DNA of 64,000 nucleotides from Cyanophora paradoxa CCMP329. Lineage: Eukaryota > Plantae > Glaucophyta. The position numbers and the translations under genes are program-made. The DNA lies in contig QPMI01000514.1 in assembly GCA_004431415.1 (NCBI GenBank), forward strand, positions 434,001 through 498,000, read 5' to 3'. Of the stretch, positions 58,971 to 64,000 are shown one piece after another; the stretch's first letter is position 1; each line of letters opens with the position of its first letter. The notes below the pieces were generated by a model that was not told the DNA's origin, made no database searches, and saw only the letters and a program-made list of their open reading frames with translations.

Positions 58971-59503
58971 CTTCCCTGCGCAGTCGTGAGCGTCAGCCTA
59001 CGCGATCTCCGGCCATAATTCGAGGCAAGCGAAGGTGCTCTAGCTTCTAGAACGCGTTCAGAGGCGGCTAGAGGGCGCTCGCGGGCGACGTCAGCCTATT
59101 CATTGTCCGCCTGAGCCCTCGAATAGGACGGAAATTGGAATGAAACCCACCGAAAAGCTCGTGGTTGGCAAGCTGCGAGCCTCGCAGCACTGCGCGAAGC
59201 AGAACGTGAGACTCGGGGATGGGCAGGAGACACGAAAGTTCGGGCGTGGCTGTGTGCACGCACGGCGGACAACGAGAGTCCCGCACGGCATTCTCTAGAG
59301 CTCGCGCTGCTGATGATAGTGATGCTGTACCGGCGCCGCGGCCCGCGGCCCCTGCAAGGCTGCAACGCCGGGCTGGGTACCGGCTCAGTGAAGCCGGCAA
59401 TCAAGCCGTCGAGGCCACGAATGTACCCCTACAGCTGAGCTTTAGAGCTTCAGCTTCCGCCGCAGCCTCGCTCCATCAGCAGAGCAGCAGGAGTGGAGCG
59501 CGC

Positions 59504-62500
59504 ATGTCGACGACGCACGCATCTGGGGCGCCGCCCGACGCGGTGCTGGTCGACTCCCTGCCAGGTGAACGCGCCGCGCGATGTGCGGGCGGGAGAGGCG
59601 GCGCGGGGGAGCTGTCGTGTTCTAGTATCTGCGGAGATCGCTTCTTCGCGTCCTGCTGCGGCGCGCTTGTCTCTTGGCGTCGTGTCGGCCTCTCCTCTGC
59701 TTGGGCAGGCCGCCGACCGCATGCAGAGTTTAGGCTCCTGGCGTACACCTCTTTACGCCCGATTGCGCCCTCCCCCGCTGCACCCTTGCCGCGAACCGCG
59801 CGGCAATGCGAATGCGGTTCTCTCTAGATCTAGATGACGTTTGCGTGGAGCGGGGGACGGGGGAACGCCGCCTCCGTTTTCAAATGGGCGTTAAGCGCTT
59901 CTCTCTTACCTTCGCCGCCCGCTCGCAGACGATGTCCTCGTTGCGATCTTGGCGAGCTTGGCGAAGGACGCCGCGCGAACCTTGGTTCCGGTTGCCCTCG
60001 CGAACAAGCGCCTGCGCGCGCTGTGCGGCGTGCCTTCTCTGTGGGAGAGCCCCGTCTTCCAGCACACCGATCCGCCGGCGTACTTCGTCTCCGCGTGCAA
60101 GCAGCACGGGCGGCACTTCCGGCGCCTCTGCATCTCTGGACTCGCGCAGCTGTCGGGGCCGGACGCATCCAAGGGCCTCTCTTACTGCGTCAACCTGACT
60201 CATCTCAACATCTCGAGCTTCTTCGGAAAGCAGGCTCGCTTGGATCGAGTCTCCGTACGCGCGTGCCGTGCTGACTGTTGCTGCATTTCCTTCGCAGAAG
60301 CCGGGCCGGATCAGCGGTCGCGGGCCGATTCATGTCGAGAACAGGCCTACCCCACGGCCTTACGTGTGGAAGCGACTTCCTCGCATGACCGTGCGCCTCC
60401 TGCAGCTTATCCGTCTGAGCGCCCGAGCAAGGGACCGCGGCCTTCCGCCTTCAGGCTTGACTTGCTCGTCCGCGCAGAACCTGGTCCACTTGAACGCGTC
60501 GGATGTCGCCATCACGGCCGGCTGCCTCTCTTTGGTGCTCAAGTCCTGCGGCGAGAAGCTCACGAAGCTCTACCTCAGGCGCGCCGGTCCCCAAACGCGC
60601 TGGCGCTCGCCGCCGGCGCCGGCGCTCAACTTCGTCGCAGCCACACGTTCATCGTTCCGGAGGAGTCCGCGCGGACGGGGCGCTCTGGCACCGTCGTCTC
60701 CTCCTCCATGTCGCTCGAGGAGGGCCTGGATCCCGATTTCGACGGGTTCAGCTCGAGCGACGAGCCGGACGGGCCTGCGGCGGCAGCGCCCGCCGGCCCG
60801 GCCGGGGCCTCGGGGGCGAATGCGGCTTCCGCCTCGTCGTCCTCGGGTGCCGCGCGGGCCCTCCACGCCACCAGTGTCCTGCGCGCCTTCACGGACGGCG
60901 TCGAGTGCGTGAAATCAAATTTCATTCTCATCAACGCTATATATAGCTAGCGCGCGCTCTCTGCGCCCTCGGACATGAACCGGCCGGCCCGGGCAGGCTG
61001 CCCCGGCTCCGGGAGCTGGACCTCTCGCGCACCGTCTGCGACGAGCGGAACCTCTCGGGGCTCCTCGCGCGCCTCCCCTCCCTCGCGGAGCTCTTCCTCG
61101 TGCGCTCTCCTTCTCGCCGGGGCTCGGGATCGAGCGACGCGCGCGCAGGTGAAGCCCAAGCAGCAGCCGCCCAGCATGGTGGAGGCGCTCAGCTGGGAGG
61201 ACTGGACCGAGCTCGGCCACTGGTGCGGGTATTCACTCCTCGCGCCGGCCTTCCACTCGTTCACCATCAGCTGTCGCGGCACGGGCGGGCGCGCAGGAGC
61301 GGCAAGCGGCTCGCGGCGGCGCTGCAGGCCAACGGCATCTCGGTCGTCCGGAAGGACTTCCTGAAGCTGGTGCGCCGCGCCGCGCCACGCTCTAGATCTC
61401 CGAATCGCGCTTGGAAGCCCGAGGCCGGCGCCGCGCATCGCAGATCAAGCGCGCGATCTTCTGCTCCAACCAGGGCACCCCGTTCGTCCAGGAGACCTAC
61501 GCAAAGGTCCGCGCCCTCGCGATCGCCCTTCCTCGCGCGATCCCCCCCAGTTGCGATATTAGTAATAATCCACTTCGCAGGCCCTGGAGTTGATGCCCGT
61601 CGTTCGGCGCTGCGCGGGCGTCGACGCTCGCCTCAGCAACGGGTCGACGCTCTTCCTCGTCGCCATGAATACAGGGGTACATGCGTTTTACGCTCCTCAG
61701 AAGGCGAGCCCGCGGCCGCCCACGCGGATTGAAATCGCGTGCGGCAGCACTTCGTCGCGGCGAAGCGCCTCGTGGAGGAGTTCGGGGCCAGCCCGCTTGC
61801 GCGGTGCCGCCCGGGCGTCTTTCGGGCGCAGGATGATCCCTGGGTGCGGTTCCTCCTTCCGCCTCGCGCCGGCCTCGCTCGAGCCCGCTCCGCCCTCTCA
61901 ATTCTATTTGGACCGCGGCGCAGACCCCGCCGTACCCGCGCGTGGGGGGCTCTGAGGTCTTTGACGGACAGGAGTTCCGATACGGTACCCCAGGCTATTG
62001 TCTGGGCGCTTCCTCTCCCCTAGCGTGACGCGCCCTGCCCCCGACAGGCGCCCCACTCTTCTCACACGCGCCGGGTTCTACGCTCCTGCATCTCTTCGCC
62101 AACACGTCGTCCGCTGCCCCCCTCTCGCCCTCTGCTTGCATGCGGCGCCCCACGCCGGTGACGGTCCGTGGCCTCAGGTTCATAACGAGCGCGGCCGACC
62201 GGGCGCTTATCAACGACCTCCCCGACGCAAGCGCCCCCCGACTTTGCGCGCTCCGGCTGCTCCCCCAACCGCCCGCGCAGCTGTTCCGGGACTGGGGCGC
62301 GGCCGGCATCGCGAACGAGCCGACCTGGGACGCCCGCCGCCTCCGCCCCCTCCACGCCTGCATCGAGGCCGCGTCCGCCCCTTTTTCGCTCTCGTCCCTC
62401 CTCCGGCGCGCCCCTCGCCGTGCGGCGGATGACCTCGCGCAAGGTCCTACATGACGGCGCCCCTCGCGCTCCCCCTCGCCGCGCTCCTCGGCCTGGGCGC

Positions 62501-64000
62501 CGACCCCTCCCTCACCGACGCCCGCGGCTGGACCGCTCTGCACGCCGCCGCCTCGGCCGGCCGGCCCGACGACGTCCGCGCGATCCTCGCCGCCCGCCCC
62601 GACATCGTCAACGCCCGAGGCGCGCCCTCTATCTCGATCCGGATCCGCGCGCAAATTAGAAGCCCTCTGAGTCCTCCCCGGGTTCGAGCAGAAGAAAGCG
62701 GCTGCACGGCCCTCCTCCTCGCCGTTCGCCGCATCGGATCCGAGCGTGTGCCCCCGTCGCTCCTCCCCGTCCCTCGCGCTTCGGAACTCGGCCGCCCGCA
62801 CCGCAGATCCACGCGGCTACGGGGAGATGACCGTTCAGGCGCGCCCGTCGCTCTGAATGCTGAGCTTAAGCTTGTCCTCTCGCTCACCGGCGCCTTGTAG
62901 TTCCTGGACTGCATCCGGGCCCTCCTGGAGCAGGAGGAGCCCCGCGCCGACGCCGCCGCCGCCGACGCGCGCGGCTTCTCGCCCCTTCACGCCGCCGCCG
63001 GCCGGGCCCCGAGCGCCAACCGGGACTCCGGTCCGTCCCTGCCCGCCCGCCCCTCCACCGCTTCCCCTTCCGCCTTCCCGAGGCGCCGCCGGCGGTCACG
63101 CCAGGCACGTACGGGTGGAAGCCGTTCTCGGCCGCCTCTGCGGTCGCGCGGGCGGACGTCGTCAGGCTCCTCCTCGGTTCGTTCCTCGCCTCAGAGCCGC
63201 CCAGCGCGTCGGCGCGCCGCTCACGCGCGCTCCCCGCGGCCGCAGCGCGCCCCGAGGTCGACGTGAACGCGAGGGACGAGGAGGGGCGCACCGCCCTCTA
63301 CGCCGCAGCCTTCTCCAACTGCGCCGAGACAGCCCTGGTGCTTGCTCCCTTCGCTCGCCGCCCGCGCCGTGAGGCCGATCTCATTCACCGTCGGGCGGCG
63401 AACGCGCAGGCGCTGCTCGCGGCGCCGGGCGTCGACGTGAACGCCGGCCGCCGCGGCGCGACGCCGCTCTACGGCGCCTGCATGCTCCATAACGTCGCGG
63501 CCATTCGGATGTGAGCACGCAGCAGCGGCGGAGCCCCCGGCCGGCCTCTACATCCTCGTCTCCTGAGCGTGCGCGCACGTGCGCTCAGGCTGCTGGAGGC
63601 GGGGGCGGACCCGTCAACCAGGCCGCCGGGCCACGCCTCGCCCATCATGTGCCTACTGAAGGAGGTGGGCGAGTCGGCGCCTCTTCACTTGCAGTCGATT
63701 GATGACGGCGCCCGCCGCCGCGGCTGTCCGCTCGAGCAGTTGACGACGGAGCGGGCGAGCGCCGAGGTGGACGATGGTTATCCGATCCCGTACGCCCTCG
63801 CCCGCAACGCCGCCGCTCTCCCAGCCTCCGTCCAGGCCCGCCCGCGCCCGCGTCCTCCGCCTACGACAGCTTGCGCCCACGGCTTCCGGCGCTGATCTCC
63901 GGGCGTCGCAGACGGAGCTGCGGCGGCTCTTCGAGTCCAAGGGGGCCCTTCTCGAGCGCGTCGGTGCGCCCCGCTCACCAGCCCCCGGCCCCTCGCGATC
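59504..64000 (+). CDS. F-box + LRR-like + ankyrin-repeat protein (3'-partial; possibly two adjacent genes)
   Basis: Spliced F-box VDSLP|DDVLVAILASL..LVPVALANKRLRAL..SLW; LRR-like NLTHLNIS, LVHLNAS, LTKLYL; ankyrins GADPSLTDARGWTALHAAA, DVNARDEEGRTALYAAA, GATPLYGAC..LLEAGADP. Confidence 0.75.

Noticed and set aside
19300-64000. Hundreds of long Arg/Pro/Gly/Ala-rich ORFs in the six-frame track
   Set aside because: Expected from very high GC with few stop codons; most are antisense or off-frame to recognisable spliced genes.
17630-64000. Naming the host species
   Set aside because: The style fits a GC-rich, intron-dense protist or alga, but nothing in the window identifies it.

Overview
The window has two sharply different halves. 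1-17,629 is AT-rich (roughly 35-40% GC by eye), intron-less and gene-dense, and looks like the right end of an endogenous large DNA virus element. It holds two diverged tandem copies of a 4-gene cassette: a very long modular fibre protein with HxH repeats and a C-terminal S74-type chaperone, followed by ~102-, ~283- and ~276-aa ORFs. It also has a truncated patatin gene, a solo-LTR-like insert, a zinc-ribbon ORF and an S-adenosylmethionine decarboxylase. It ends in a ~1-kb non-coding repeat zone closed by a perfect 30-bp-stem hairpin exactly at the junction with host DNA. No capsid, polymerase or integrase gene is in the window, so the virus group cannot be assigned. 17,630-64,000 is very GC-rich eukaryotic (protist/alga-like) DNA with many short introns. 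Recognisable genes are RsmE, RBM48, a DUSP-fold pseudophosphatase, RRP1/Nop52, a UBTD-family protein, an ABCB-type transporter, a coiled-coil/WW protein, a PI3-kinase and an F-box/LRR/ankyrin gene, which has a decayed inverted copy. Comparing that copy with its parent shows a stereotyped mutational process that turns a 3-mer X into X-revcomp(X)-X (net +6 nt), and the same pattern saturates the host intergenic DNA. Host gene boundaries are approximate because exons were assembled by eye. Most GC-rich ORFs in the supplied track are spurious.
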